From NCBI GenBank assembly GCA_965223265.1, contig OZ244999.1, positions 1,824,001 to 1,888,000 on the forward strand: a stretch of 64,000 nucleotides of DNA, given 5' to 3'. A program made the translations under genes and the position numbers. Under the pieces are notes generated by a model that saw only the letters and a program-made list of their open reading frames with translations, was not told the DNA's origin and ran no database searches. Below are positions 1 to 10,900 of the stretch, in pieces; position 1 is the stretch's first letter; each line of letters begins with the position of its first letter. Source of the stretch: Planctomycetota bacterium. GTDB taxonomy: Bacteria > Planctomycetota > UBA8108 > SXIK01.

Positions 1-1
1 C

Positions 2-3000
2 GCCCTAGCGCGAGAGCGTGGGCTCGATCGGGAGATCTTGCGTTCGTGGGTGGAGTACCTGAATCTGCCGCCGCCGGGGGGAGAGTTCGCCACCTATGCC
101 CCGCGGCCGGGCCGGATTCTCTTGATGGTGGGCGACCCGAAGAGCCTGCACCCAGGCGATGCCGGCTTGACTCGATACCTGCGCGGCCGAGGACACCACG
201 TCACGCTCTACCAGCCGCGGGGTCAGACGTCCCGGCAGCAGTATGACGCTGCGATGGCGAACGACGTCGCCATCATCTCTGAGTCGATTGCCGCGACCGA
301 TGTAGAGTTCAAAGGAGAGCAGAGCCTCAAGAATGTGCCGCGTCCCATTCTCTCTTTTGAACCTTACGTGTACGACGACGCCGGCTGGACCGGCACGGAG
401 GTTTTCTGGGATTTCGGTCACACTGGCACCAGCTCCGTCGCCGGTCTGCAGCTCGACGAGCTCTCCGATTCGCTCCACGTCGCGCCCGGCGACCACCCCC
501 TCGGACTCGGGCTCAGCGACGAGGTTCGCGTCTACCACTCACCCTACAGCCTGGCGTTCGGGATTCCCGGCGCCGAGGCCGCCGTCATCGCCTCGGCGGA
601 CGCGGCGGCGAAGTACCCGGTCCAGTTTGTCTATAACCAAGGCGACCGATTGGCCGACGGCTCGGTCGCACCGGCCGCTCGCATTGCGCTTTACCTCGGG
701 CAAGCGGCCGCTGACAACCCAGACGGCAACCACCCAACGGATTGGGCGAACCTCACCTTTGCCGGACGGGCGCTGATCAACGCGGCGATTGAGTACGCCA
801 TCGATTCGCAGCGGATCCACCGACCGAGCCTCAAAGCGTTAGCGGACGTCGACCGCAGTGAGCCCTGGCGCGACGTCGACGTCACGGGGCTTCTCGCTCA
901 CCGAACGCACGACGTCGAAGGGCATGAGTTCATCGACGGCTGGGACGGTCCGGGGCATCCGAGCTTGGTCGCGAACTCCTCCCTCCAATCTGTACGCATT
1001 CCCGGCATCGTGCCGCCCCACTCGGTCATGGTCCATCCGACGCCGACGCACTTCGTGGCCGTCGGTTGGCGCAGTCCAATCAACGGCCTGGTGCGCGTCG
1101 AGGTCGCCGTAGTCGATGCACATCCCGAAGCAGGCAACGGACAGACCTGGTCGTTGAACCTGCAGCAGGGAACGGAACGTCAGCGCCTGGCTGGAGCCGC
1201 CATGGACCACGGCACGAAAGTCCGGCCGCCGCCGCTTGAGGATGTCATGGTGCGCAAGGGCGATTTCTTGTCGCTCCTGATCGGCCCCCGCGATGGCGAC
1301 TGGGCTTGCGACTCGACACGAATCAATCTGGTGGTCACCGAGACCGCGGATCCGCTGCGTTCGTGGAACCTCGCCGGCGACGTCGCCGACGATATTCATG
1401 CCGGCAATCCTCACCCCGACAGATTCGGCAATCAGCTCGTCTGGTATTTTTTCAAGGGAAAAGTTGGCGACTACGATGAGCTCGGGGCTCCGATGCCGAA
1501 TGGGTCGCTGCTGGCGAATTGGCGTGCAGCTATGCTCAAGGCAGACGGCGAGCGCGCAGACCACCTCGCTGATCGTCTGACCGAGCTTCTGACGAGCGAC
1601 GCGAAGGCAGCGGCGACCGCCTCGCCACCTGACCGTGTGCTTTACCATCAGGTGCGCGCGGCAACTTCGCCGCTGTTCAAGAAGTTCGACTACCAGACAC
1701 TTCTGACCCGCGATGATCTGCCGTTGTCGGACGCCCCCGAGAGTGACTACGGGTTGGCGACGGAGCGCTTCACGCACCATCCAGGAAAGCGCGACGAAGA
1801 CGGGTCTGAGTCGCACGCGACCCACATCGTGCTCGAGGCGCCGCATGCCATCAGGGTTCGACTTCCAGCCGACCTGATCGCGGGGCGCGACTTTGTTGTC
1901 GACGGCAGGCTTGCCCCGACGGCAATGCATGGGACGGTTCAATTGAAGGTGACGCCGGCTGAAGAATCTCCCCCCGTGGGCCTGGACCCCGACCTTGCAG
2001 TCGTGGTACGCGAGGGAAGCGTCGCCGAGCAGCGGATGCAAAAAGCTTTCGCCGACTTCCGCGGTCTCTTTCCACGCGTTATGTGCTGCCGGACCATCGT
2101 TCCACTCGATGAAGTGGTGACGCTGGTCATGTACCACCGCGAAGACGAGCCGCTGAGTCGATTGCTCTTGAGCGAGAGCGAACGAGCTCGGCTGGACCGG
2201 CTCTGGACGGAGGTGCGCTACATTAGCCAGGATGCCTTGGAGATTCAGGAGGCGTACCCGCTCTTCATGGAGTTCGCGTCACAAGTCGGAGACGTTCCCA
2301 AGTTCTCGCCGCTTCGCGAACCGATTCGCAAGCGGGCCGAGGAGTTCGCGAAATGGCTCGAGGAAACGGAGCCGATCCATCTCGAGGCGCTCATCGCGTT
2401 TGCCGAGCGCGCTTTTCGGCGCCCGCTCGACGACGCGGAGAAACGTGAGCTTCGTGACATCTATCGTGAACTGCGGGCCGCAAACGAGAGCCACGACGAG
2501 GCCTTTCGCGGCGTGCTGACTCGCATCCTCGTTGCGCCTAGCTTTCTCTACCGCATCGAGCAGCCCCGCCCCGGAGATGAGCCAGGTCGCGCGAACGACT
2601 GGGAGCTGGCGACGCGTCTGAGTTATTTCCTCTGGTCGACGATGCCGGACGAAGCTCTGAGGCAGCAGGCTGCGGCCGGTCGGTTGCAGGACCCCGAAGT
2701 GCTGGCTCGCGAAGCGCGCCGGATGTTGAGGGACTACCGAGTGCGAGGACTGGCGACAGAGTTTGCCTGCCAGTGGCTTGGTTTTCGCGACTTCGATACC
2801 TACAACGAGAAGAACGAGCGCCAATACCCGACTTTTGCCGAGCTCCGCGGCGCCATGTATGAAGAATCGGTGCGGTTCTTTGTGGATCTGTTGCAACGCG
2901 ACGGCGGAGTTTTCGAGATTATCGATGCCGACCACACCTTCCTGAACGGTGCGCTCGCTCGACACTACGGCATCGGGGGTGCCGAGGGCAGCGAAGGTGC

Positions 3001-3697
3001 GGACGATGCTGAGGGCGATACTGAGGGCGCCGTAGCTGTCGACGGTGATGCCGGCCGCTGGGTCCGCGTCGATGGAATGAAGCGCCGGTCGCGCGGCGGG
3101 GTCCTTGGCATGGCGACCATGCTCTCGAAGCAGTCCGGAGCCACTCGCACGAGCCCGATCTTGCGAGGGCATTGGGTCGTCGAGACGCTCTTGGGCGAAA
3201 GGCTCCCCGACCCACCCGCCAATGTTCCAGAACTGCCGGACGCTGTCAGCCGCGACGGTTTGACCGTGCGAGAGCTCACCGAAAAACACGTCAGCGCTGC
3301 GGAGTGCGCCGGCTGTCACTCCCGCATCGACCCCTTCGGCTTCGCGTTGGAAGCGTTTGACGCCATCGGCCGCTTCCGGGAGCGTGACTTCGTGGACAAG
3401 CCGGTCGACGCGCACGTGAAGCTTAGCGACGGAACCGAATTCGCCGGCATCAAAGGGCTGCGATCGTATCTCATGAGCAACCGCCGGAATGACTTCCTCC
3501 GACAATTCTGCCGCAAACTCTTGGGCTTTGCACTGGGGCGCTCCGTGGAGCTCTCCGACGAGCCGCTCATCGAGACCATGATCGAGGAACTCGCAAGACA
3601 CGACTTTCGTTTCTCTGCCGCAGTTGAGACAATCGTGCGCAGCCAGCAGTTTCGCTATCACCGCGGCCTGGAAGCAACGCGCGAGACGTCAGAGTGA
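2..3697 (+). CDS. DUF1592/DUF1588/DUF1595/DUF1585 (PSD-domain) planctomycete cytochrome c-type protein, 5'-partial
   Basis: Frame is open from position 2 (ALARERGLDREILRSW...). Motifs ELATRLSYFLWSTMPD, RTSPILRGHWV, CAGCH, DPFGFALEAFDAIGRFR. Adjacent to a DUF1552 gene. Confidence 0.9.
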   Translation, partial: ALARERGLDREILRSWVEYLNLPPPGGEFATYAPRPGRILLMVGDPKSLHPGDAGLTRYLRGRGHHVTLYQPRGQTSRQQYDAAMANDVAIISESIAATDVEFKGEQSLKNVPRPILSFEPYVYDDAGWTGTEVFWDFGHTGTSSVAGLQLDELSDSLHVAPGDHPLGLGLSDEVRVYHSPYSLAFGIPGAEAAVIASADAAAKYPVQFVYNQGDRLADGSVAPAARIALYLGQAAADNPDGNHPTDWANLTFAGRALINAAIEYAIDSQRIHRPSLKALADVDRSEPWRDVDVTGLLAHRTHDVEGHEFIDGWDGPGHPSLVANSSLQSVRIPGIVPPHSVMVHPTPTHFVAVGWRSPINGLVRVEVAVVDAHPEAGNGQTWSLNLQQGTERQRLAGAAMDHGTKVRPPPLEDVMVRKGDFLSLLIGPRDGDWACDSTRINLVVTETADPLRSWNLAGDVADDIHAGNPHPDRFGNQLVWYFFKGKVGDYDELGAPMPNGSLLANWRAAMLKADGERADHLADRLTELLTSDAKAAATASPPDRVLYHQVRAATSPLFKKFDYQTLLTRDDLPLSDAPESDYGLATERFTHHPGKRDEDGSESHATHIVLEAPHAIRVRLPADLIAGRDFVVDGRLAPTAMHGTVQLKVTPAEESPPVGLDPDLAVVVREGSVAEQRMQKAFADFRGLFPRVMCCRTIVPLDEVVTLVMYHREDEPLSRLLLSESERARLDRLWTEVRYISQDALEIQEAYPLFMEFASQVGDVPKFSPLREPIRKRAEEFAKWLEETEPIHLEALIAFAERAFRRPLDDAEKRELRDIYRELRAANESHDEAFRGVLTRILVAPSFLYRIEQPRPGDEPGRANDWELATRLSYFLWSTMPDEALRQQAAAGRLQDPEVLAREARRMLRDYRVRGLATEFACQWLGFRDFDTYNEKNERQYPTFAELRGAMYEESVRFFVDLLQRDGGVFEIIDADHTFLNGALARHYGIGGAEGSEGADDAEGDTEGAVAVDGDAGRWVRVDGMKRRSRGGVLGMATMLSKQSGATRTSPILRGHWVVETLLGERLPDPPANVPELPDAVSRDGLTVRELTEKHVSAAECAGCHSRIDPFGFALEAFDAIGRFRERDFVDKPVDAHVKLSDGTEFAGIKGLRSYLMSNRRNDFLRQFCRKLLGFALGRSVELSDEPLIETMIEELARHDFRFSAAVETIVRSQQFRYHRGLEATRETSE

Positions 3698-3731
3698 CAG
3701 GCGTGATTTTTGGCGTCCGCAACCACCGTGA

Positions 3732-5087
3732 GTGCAGGTCGCGAAGAATAGGAAGAACCTCAAAGTGAGAATCTCAGCCGACGACAAATACCAGATCTCG
3801 CGCCGAACGATGCTACGCGGTCTCGGGGTCAGCATGGCGCTCCCGTGGCTCGAGTCCCTTCCTGTCTGGGGCGATGAGCCCGTCGCCCGCGACCGCAGCA
3901 GTGAGCCGCCGGTGCGCATGGCTGTCCTCTTCGCTGGCAACGGCTTTCACAAAAATGAGTGGTGGGCGAAGGGGAGTGGTGCAGAGATGGAACTCGGTAA
4001 GGCGCTCCTGCCACTGAGCGCTCATCGCGAGAAACTCCTCTTCATCCGCGGCCTCTACAACGAACAGGCGCTCAAGGGAAACATCCACAGCTCTCAGACG
4101 GGGAATCTGCTTTCCGGAGCGCCTCTCGCGTCGGGTGGAAAGATTCGTTCGGGCACCAGTGTGGACCAGCTCATTGCCCAGAAGCTCGGCCACCAGACCA
4201 AAGTGCCGAGCCTTGTCCTCGGCTGTGAGAAGTCGATCGCCTCGGTGCACCGCGAGTACTCGATGCTCTACAGCTCGCACATCTCGTGGACCTCGCCCAC
4301 CACGCCGACGCCGCTTGAGATCTATCCGGCACTCGCCTTCGATCGGCTCTTCAAGGATGACACTGCGACGAAGAGTGGCCGTCGCGCCTTGGATGCCGTG
4401 CTGTCGGAGGCGAAGCGTCTGCGCCTTCGGGTCAGCTATCGCGACCGGCATAAGCTCGACGAGTATCTCAACTCGGTGCGCGAGGTCGAGGCCCGGATCG
4501 AGCGCTCCGGAAACGAGGGCCGGCTGCAAGGCTGGCGGCCCTCGTTGACGACGCCCAACATTCCGCGCCCGAAGGACGGACTGCCTCAGGACATCGACGA
4601 GCACATGCGCCTCATGTGCGACATCCTCGTGCTGGCGTTCCAGACCGACACGACGCGCATCGCAACGCTGAAGCTCAACAACGACCACTCCTCGCTACGA
4701 TTCCCGAATCTGGGGGTGGACTACATGATCCACCATCTTCTCTCCCATACCGATTCGGATGACTGGCTCAAGGTCAACCAGTTCTTCATTGAGCAGCTGG
4801 CTTACGTCGCGAGCAAGCTCGATGCGATCGAGGAGGGGGACCGCACGGCTTTGGACAACTCGATGATCTTGCTCTGCTCCAGCATGATTCACGGCAACCA
4901 CGACGCGAACCAACTGCCGGTCGCTGTGCTCGGTCGCGCCGGAGGAAAACTCAAGACCGGCCGCACGCTCGATTACCTCGACAAGCCGAACCGGAAGATG
5001 TGTAGCCTTTTCTTATCCATGATGGACAAAATGGACGTCCACCTGGACGAGTTCGGCGATTCGAAGGAGCGTCTCGCTGAGGTTTGA
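3732..5087 (+). CDS. DUF1552 (HXXSHH-type) domain protein
   Basis: Tat-like SRRTMLRGLG, SVDQLIA, LDEYLNSVREVE, LAFQTDTTR, HHLLSH, GNHD. Canonical partner of the DUF1592 gene. Confidence 0.9.
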   Translation: MQVAKNRKNLKVRISADDKYQISRRTMLRGLGVSMALPWLESLPVWGDEPVARDRSSEPPVRMAVLFAGNGFHKNEWWAKGSGAEMELGKALLPLSAHREKLLFIRGLYNEQALKGNIHSSQTGNLLSGAPLASGGKIRSGTSVDQLIAQKLGHQTKVPSLVLGCEKSIASVHREYSMLYSSHISWTSPTTPTPLEIYPALAFDRLFKDDTATKSGRRALDAVLSEAKRLRLRVSYRDRHKLDEYLNSVREVEARIERSGNEGRLQGWRPSLTTPNIPRPKDGLPQDIDEHMRLMCDILVLAFQTDTTRIATLKLNNDHSSLRFPNLGVDYMIHHLLSHTDSDDWLKVNQFFIEQLAYVASKLDAIEEGDRTALDNSMILLCSSMIHGNHDANQLPVAVLGRAGGKLKTGRTLDYLDKPNRKMCSLFLSMMDKMDVHLDEFGDSKERLAEV

Positions 5088-5450
5088 CGGGAACGGTTGC
5101 AGCCGGGGGGGCGACGCGAAGCCCTGCGCTCGCTCATATGTGTAGTGTCCGTGTGGCGAGATCGGTATGATTCGGTCGTGTGGTGGAGAGACATGCCTGG
5201 CTGCAGGCATCTTATCCGTGGCATGACCATCGAGCAGGTTATCTGACGTGCCCAGAGTTTTCCGCTCGTGGAAGATCGCTAGCGGTCTCTTGGTGCGACC
5301 GCAAGGGAGCTCGTTCCCGTCGTCGCTTTCGGGCTGGATCGAGGCGCCTTTGACTCTGGCGGGGGACGCGACCCACTACGGGTTCGTCACCTCCGGCGAG
5401 GCCGAGCCCTGAAGCAGTGGCAATCGCAAGGTCATTCGCTTGACAAGCTT

Positions 5451-5987
5451 GTGAATCGGCGCCGATTGGACGAACCTCCCCCGGAGTGGAGTGAGCCCGA
5501 CATCTATGACTACGGCGTCGAGGGGATCCTGATCGTCGAGCATGATTTACTCGTCGATCTGTTGGTGCTCAACGGGCTTCACAGTCGCGAACGGGTGCTG
5601 ATCGTATCGCTCGATCTTTATCCCACGTACCTGGTTCCTGTCGCGGCGGAGCTACTCCGCGAGCGTGAGGACTTGCCGGTGTATCTGCTGCACGACGCGA
5701 CCGCTTCCGGAGTCACCATGCTAGATCGTTTGGCGGCGACCGACACATTTCCGATCACGAACCATCCCACGATCGATTTGGGAATTACTCCCGATGACGT
5801 TCGACGACTCCGACGGCTCCGGCCCATGAAACCAAAGAGATTTGACTATGAAGCGCCGATAGATTTCTTACTCTCCGCCGAGCTCGCGAGCGGACTCGCC
5901 CAGGCGTTTTTTCATCGAGTCTCGTTGGCAAGAGTCTTAGAGGAAGACCAGGCGGACCGAGACGGCGCGGGCGGTGGGTTCGGGTAG
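5451..5987 (+). CDS. Hypothetical protein, probably N-terminally truncated remnant
   Basis: Protein-like sequence (EPDIYDYGVEGILIVE...PVYLLHDA). Frame stays open back to ~5283 with no convincing RBS/start, and upstream DNA contains stops. Confidence 0.55.
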   Translation: MNRRRLDEPPPEWSEPDIYDYGVEGILIVEHDLLVDLLVLNGLHSRERVLIVSLDLYPTYLVPVAAELLREREDLPVYLLHDATASGVTMLDRLAATDTFPITNHPTIDLGITPDDVRRLRRLRPMKPKRFDYEAPIDFLLSAELASGLAQAFFHRVSLARVLEEDQADRDGAGGGFG

Positions 5988-6092
5988 CAGGGACGCGGCT
6001 GCCTGTCCGTGTTTTATCCATTTCGCGAGAGCGAATTCCTTTCTCGTCGGGCTGTTAGCCATGGAGTCTTTCTACAAGCTGGTCAGGAGCGG

Positions 6093-7856
6093 ATGGACGC
6101 ACTTTTCGGTTTTACAGGGCCAGCAGACCTAGCCCAACGGGAGCGCATGTCAGAGGAGCTGACGCATCGCGGCCGCAGATCAGTGCTGGTTCACGAGGAC
6201 GGACCGTGTACGCTCGGGCTGCGCACGGAGCTTGATGAGCCGATGCGAGGTCGCGTCGGTTCAGGGGTGTTTCACCAAGGTTCTCAGCACGACTCCCAAG
6301 CCATCGTACTGTCCGGATTTCTCACGCATCGAGATGCCGTGCCGACGCTGGCAGATCTTCTGGATTGGTATCGCAGCGAAGGGATTTCATTCGTCGAGCG
6401 ACTACGCGGCGCGTTCGTCTTAGCGATCAGCGACGGACCACGGCTCCACCTGGCTCGAGACGCCGCGGGTGAGCGTACTGTGTACTACGCCGCGCACCGG
6501 GGCCGCCTCATTTTCGCGAGCGAGCCTAAAGCGGTCGTCGCTGCCAGCGGGTTCTCCCGGCGGCTTCGCGCTGCAGCTGTCGCTCAGTACCTGACCTTCA
6601 GCTTCGTGCCGGAAGAAGGCACGATGCTTGAAGGCGTCTACGAACTCCGGCCGGGACACGTTCTGACGTTTGACAGCCAGGAATCGACTGGCGCGCTGCG
6701 TCAGCACCGTGTCTTCCACTTCGAAGACCCAACGACCAACGGTGACATTCCTGAGACAGAATGGGTCAGCAAGTTTCGTTCGGTCTTTCAGCAAGCCGTC
6801 TCCGAGCGATTGCCTTGCCAAGAGCCGGTCGGGGTATTTCTCTCCGGCGGTCTAGATTCCAGCGTCGTTGCCGCGGAGGTCGCTCGACAGCATCGCCATG
6901 TCGTCAAGACGTATTCGATCCATTTTGGCAAGAGGTATCCACATGAGCTCGAATTCGCCGGCGCAGTGGCTCGACGATGGAGGACTGAACATGAGGAAGT
7001 CTTCGTGCGCCCGAAGGACTTCCTACCTCGCTTGCGTCAGATCGTTTGGCATTTGGATGACCCGATTGGCGATCCAATCACCGTGCCGAATTTCGAGTTG
7101 GCCAAGCACGTCTCGCGCGACGTTCGCTGGGTCTTCAACGGTGAGGGAGGAGACCCATGTTTCGGCGGGCCGAAGAATATCCCGTTGCTGCTGACGCATT
7201 GGTACGGGGGGCTAAACCGTCCGGCCACCTTTCGAGAGAAAGCCTATCTCGAGTCCTATCGCCGTTGTTATGACGACTTGAACCAACTGTTGACGCCGGA
7301 TTTTCTCAGCCAACTTGATTTTGAGGCGGATCTCGAGAATGTCGTGAAGCCTTTTTTCGCAGCGCCTCGCCCAGTCAGATTTCTCGATAAATTGGCAGCG
7401 ATCAACATTCGCCTCAAAGGCGCGCATCTGATCCTGCCAAAGGTTGAACGCATGGCTGGCGCGTGGGGCTTGGCGCCGCTCGCGCCGCTGTTTGACGAGG
7501 ACGTTCTTCGCTTCAGTTTCGAGATGCCTGCCAGCTTGAGATTGCACCGGGGCATTGAAAAAGTCGTTCTCAAGAGAGCCTACGTCGACGATCTGCCGCC
7601 GGAGGTCATCGCTCGACCCAAAAGCGGCATGCGCGTTCCTGTCCACTACTGGTTCCGCAAGGAGATGCGACGATACGCGCGAAGTATTCTGCACCCGCGT
7701 GAGGTGCGCCGCGTTGGGATCTTCAACCCGGAGCGTGTTCGTCAGCTTCTAGACTACAACATTGAAAACAGCCCCGGGCGCTATGGACTGCGTCTGTGGA
7801 TGCTCGTCACGTTCGAGATTTGGCGTCGAATCGTCCTGGAGGGCGAGAGTGTCTAA
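6093..7856 (+). CDS. Asparagine synthase (AsnB)-like ATP-dependent amide ligase lacking N-terminal catalytic Cys
   Basis: AGGAG at 6085-6089 then ATG 6093 (MDALFGFTG). Motifs LRGAF, LARD, FASEPKA, LSGGLDSS, GEGGD, RPKSG. Confidence 0.88.
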   Translation: MDALFGFTGPADLAQRERMSEELTHRGRRSVLVHEDGPCTLGLRTELDEPMRGRVGSGVFHQGSQHDSQAIVLSGFLTHRDAVPTLADLLDWYRSEGISFVERLRGAFVLAISDGPRLHLARDAAGERTVYYAAHRGRLIFASEPKAVVAASGFSRRLRAAAVAQYLTFSFVPEEGTMLEGVYELRPGHVLTFDSQESTGALRQHRVFHFEDPTTNGDIPETEWVSKFRSVFQQAVSERLPCQEPVGVFLSGGLDSSVVAAEVARQHRHVVKTYSIHFGKRYPHELEFAGAVARRWRTEHEEVFVRPKDFLPRLRQIVWHLDDPIGDPITVPNFELAKHVSRDVRWVFNGEGGDPCFGGPKNIPLLLTHWYGGLNRPATFREKAYLESYRRCYDDLNQLLTPDFLSQLDFEADLENVVKPFFAAPRPVRFLDKLAAINIRLKGAHLILPKVERMAGAWGLAPLAPLFDEDVLRFSFEMPASLRLHRGIEKVVLKRAYVDDLPPEVIARPKSGMRVPVHYWFRKEMRRYARSILHPREVRRVGIFNPERVRQLLDYNIENSPGRYGLRLWMLVTFEIWRRIVLEGESV

Positions 7857-7980
7857 CAGCGCACCAAAGTAGCAGACACGCCGCTGTGTGCCTGCCGGTG
7901 TTTCGCATCACGGCACGGGGAGCATGCCTGTTACTCTTCCAACAAGCTGCCAGTGCACACCGATGTGATTCGTTTGAGCG

Positions 7981-10900
7981 CTAGCAGGCGGGAGGCTCCG
8001 CACACGGCAGATCGTCGGGTGTCGGATCCGCTCCGCATGTCGCAGCGGGGGCGGGCAGCGGGCCGAAGCCGCGAAAGAGGTGGAGAATGAGAACCACGGC
8101 GTCGGTGAGCGTGTGGCGGCCGTCGTCGTTTGCGTCAGCCGCTGAGCCGCAGGCTGGTGGAGCGCCATCACGAAAAATGAAGTTGAGGAGCGCGATCGGG
8201 TCGGAGACGTCGACGGCACCATCGCCCGTCACATCGCCGCGCCGAAAGCGTGGCCTGTCGTCCGCCTCGTTGCGCTGATACGAGGTCACCTCGAGCCTGC
8301 GCAGGGGTTCGAAGTCGGCGTCGAGATAGGTTGCCGTGGCTTGGCCGTCACCCTCTGGCGCCGTCAGTTCAACAGCGTGCACCTGTTCAGCGATTTTGGC
8401 GACGTTCACCGGTGCGTCAAGCACGACCCAATAGCGCGGCGCAGCGTTGTGGCGAAACGCCGAATAGACGAGTTGAAAGTATTCATGGATCACTTGGTGA
8501 CTACCGCCAAGGGTTACCTCCGCGCGCACTAGGCTCGCCGGCCCGGTCTCGAACTCGCTCGAAGCCGGATCGTAGCGCTCTTCAAGCTGCAGCTGCGTAC
8601 CGTCTTCGAGCTGCGTCTCGATGCTCCAGAGAGGCAGCGACGCATAGCTGCACGAACCGTATTGAATGAGCGGCATGTCTTCGACGCGGGCGCGAAACAT
8701 CTCCGTTCCCGTTGAACGAGTGAAGAATGCTTCATCCAGCTCAGGCGAGGGGCCGATCGGTTCATCGCCCCGCGCCCGCAAGACGAGTGGCGTGACGAGT
8801 TCGATCGTCAAACTCCGATCGTCACCGAAATGAAAGTCTTGGCTGTAAGTGAAGCGATAGATGGTCTCCTCCGGTCGCGCCGCCGAGGGTGGAATCACCT
8901 GCACGCGCATCCGGCCAGGACCGACCGGGATCGCCTGCGTCTCCTCCGGACCGATGACGACCGCGTCGAAGAGGTCGACTTCGAACTCGGAGTCGAGCGT
9001 CGGTAGGGGTACTGGGCCAGCCCGGAAGCGCACGTGGCTTTTCAGCTCGTACTCCTCGCGTAGGCCACGGTTGACGCCGGCGACGGCAAAAACGCCGCAC
9101 ATTTCTGTGCCCGGAGGGATGAGCAGCTCGAACGTCGGTGTTGGTGGTGGTTTCTCTGTGAGTAGAAACGGACGTACTTGCTTGACGGCCAGAGACTCAT
9201 CCGGGAGAACCTTGAACTCCATGTCGAGGAGCACCTGATCGCGCGACACGCCTCCCAATTCGACCGCAAAGTTTTCATCGATGTGGGCCATGAGCGCGCC
9301 GAGCTCGCTGAGTTTGGCGTCAGACATGACGAATTCGCCATCCTCCACGAGAGTCGACGGCGAGGCACGAAGAATGCGCACGACCTCTCCCCCTGCAACT
9401 TCGAGGAGCGATTTTTCGGAGAGCACTCCAGGTGGTGGACTGACGACGCTCACGTCGCCCACTTGCGCCGTGATGACGTAGCGCCGATCGGCTGCGTTCG
9501 AGGGATTGCCAGTGAATGCGACGCCATTGACCTTCTCGTCGACGAAGGCCCGATTGACCAGCACCGCCATCGCAGACATCTCCTGCGGAATACCGAAGAA
9601 GTCTCGCTCCTCGTAGGCGCCAAAGTTCCACAGGCTTGACCAGACGCGCTTCAGAGCTCTCTCGATCGTACGTTCATTCTCTTGACGCTCATCGCAAAGC
9701 GATGGTCCCACATCGTCACCGTCAACTTGGTCGGCGATGCAGGCCGCCGTCGAGTCGTAGAGCCCAGCGCCGTTGAATTCGAGAGCGTCCTCGGCGTTTG
9801 AGGACGAGCGATGACGAACGCGGACGCTCCGCGGCGTACCGAGCACTTCCTCGATGCGCGCGACGATCGATTGAATGAGCACAGGATCGACGCGGCCCTC
9901 CGTCCGCATGTGCTGGCGGAGCGCGCGCAACGCTTCGACGCGCACCTGCGGATCGCTGCGAAACGCGCCGTCCGCGAAGAGCTCTAGGAGAGACTCCTCA
10001 TAGGTCACGGTCCGCCCGTCGACGATCGAGCCGATTGTGTTGGCGCGCAGAAATTCGAGATAGTGCGCAATCGGAACGGCAAAGCCGCGCTCGCGGTAAC
10101 GACTCCAATCGCCCGTCAGCACTGTTTGTAAGCGGGCAAGGTTCGATGCTTTGCCGCCGAACCGCGCTTCCGGTACGAACTCGGCCGTCGGCGCATCGAG
10201 TGCATTGATCTCTTCGAACGTTGCGAGGTGGCGAAAGTTTGGATCGATTTGAGGCTCGACTGAAATCGTGCGGCCGCGACTAGCCCAGAACTCCGTTGCC
10301 TCGTCGAGCGACGCGGCTTCGACGGTGAACGATGTTGTGTCGACGTCGAGGCGTACCAGCTGCCCGTCCCAGGACTGCAGGCGCTCGAGGGCCTGCGCGA
10401 CAAACGCATTCGGAGTGCCGCGGCGTGCCAGGCGCACGAGAAGGTGACTGAGCTCGCTCTGCGGTGCCCCAGTGATCACGCCGCCCACGATGCCGCGGAT
10501 GTCACTTGGCGCCTCATCGACGACGACGATGGTCTGCAGGCTCCACCCGCCGCTGCGGTCCGCGTCGTCAAACTCCTCGCGCGTCATGAGGCGTACACGA
10601 CCGAACGTGACACCGCGAACGTACGCCGTGTAGTCGCCACCTGACGACAACGTGTCGTCAAAGATCGGGAACCCTGGTGCGACCCAGTTCGCAGCACGCT
10701 CGCGCGCTGCGAATGTGCTCGGCGCATATCCGAGTGGGTCCGGAAGGAAAAGACCTTCTAGACGTCCGTGCAGGTCTCGTACTTCGTCGAGCGTCAACAG
10801 TTCTTGCGGGTCTGAGTTGTCAACGGCGACATCGAATCCGTAGACAACCTCTCCACTCTCGAGGCGTAGCTGCGTGATCGCTCCCGCGAAGTAGTCTCTT

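Noticed and set aside
5990-7980. Lasso peptide cluster around the AsnB-like gene
   Set aside because: No B1/B2 (RRE/peptidase) genes or precursor ORF seen.
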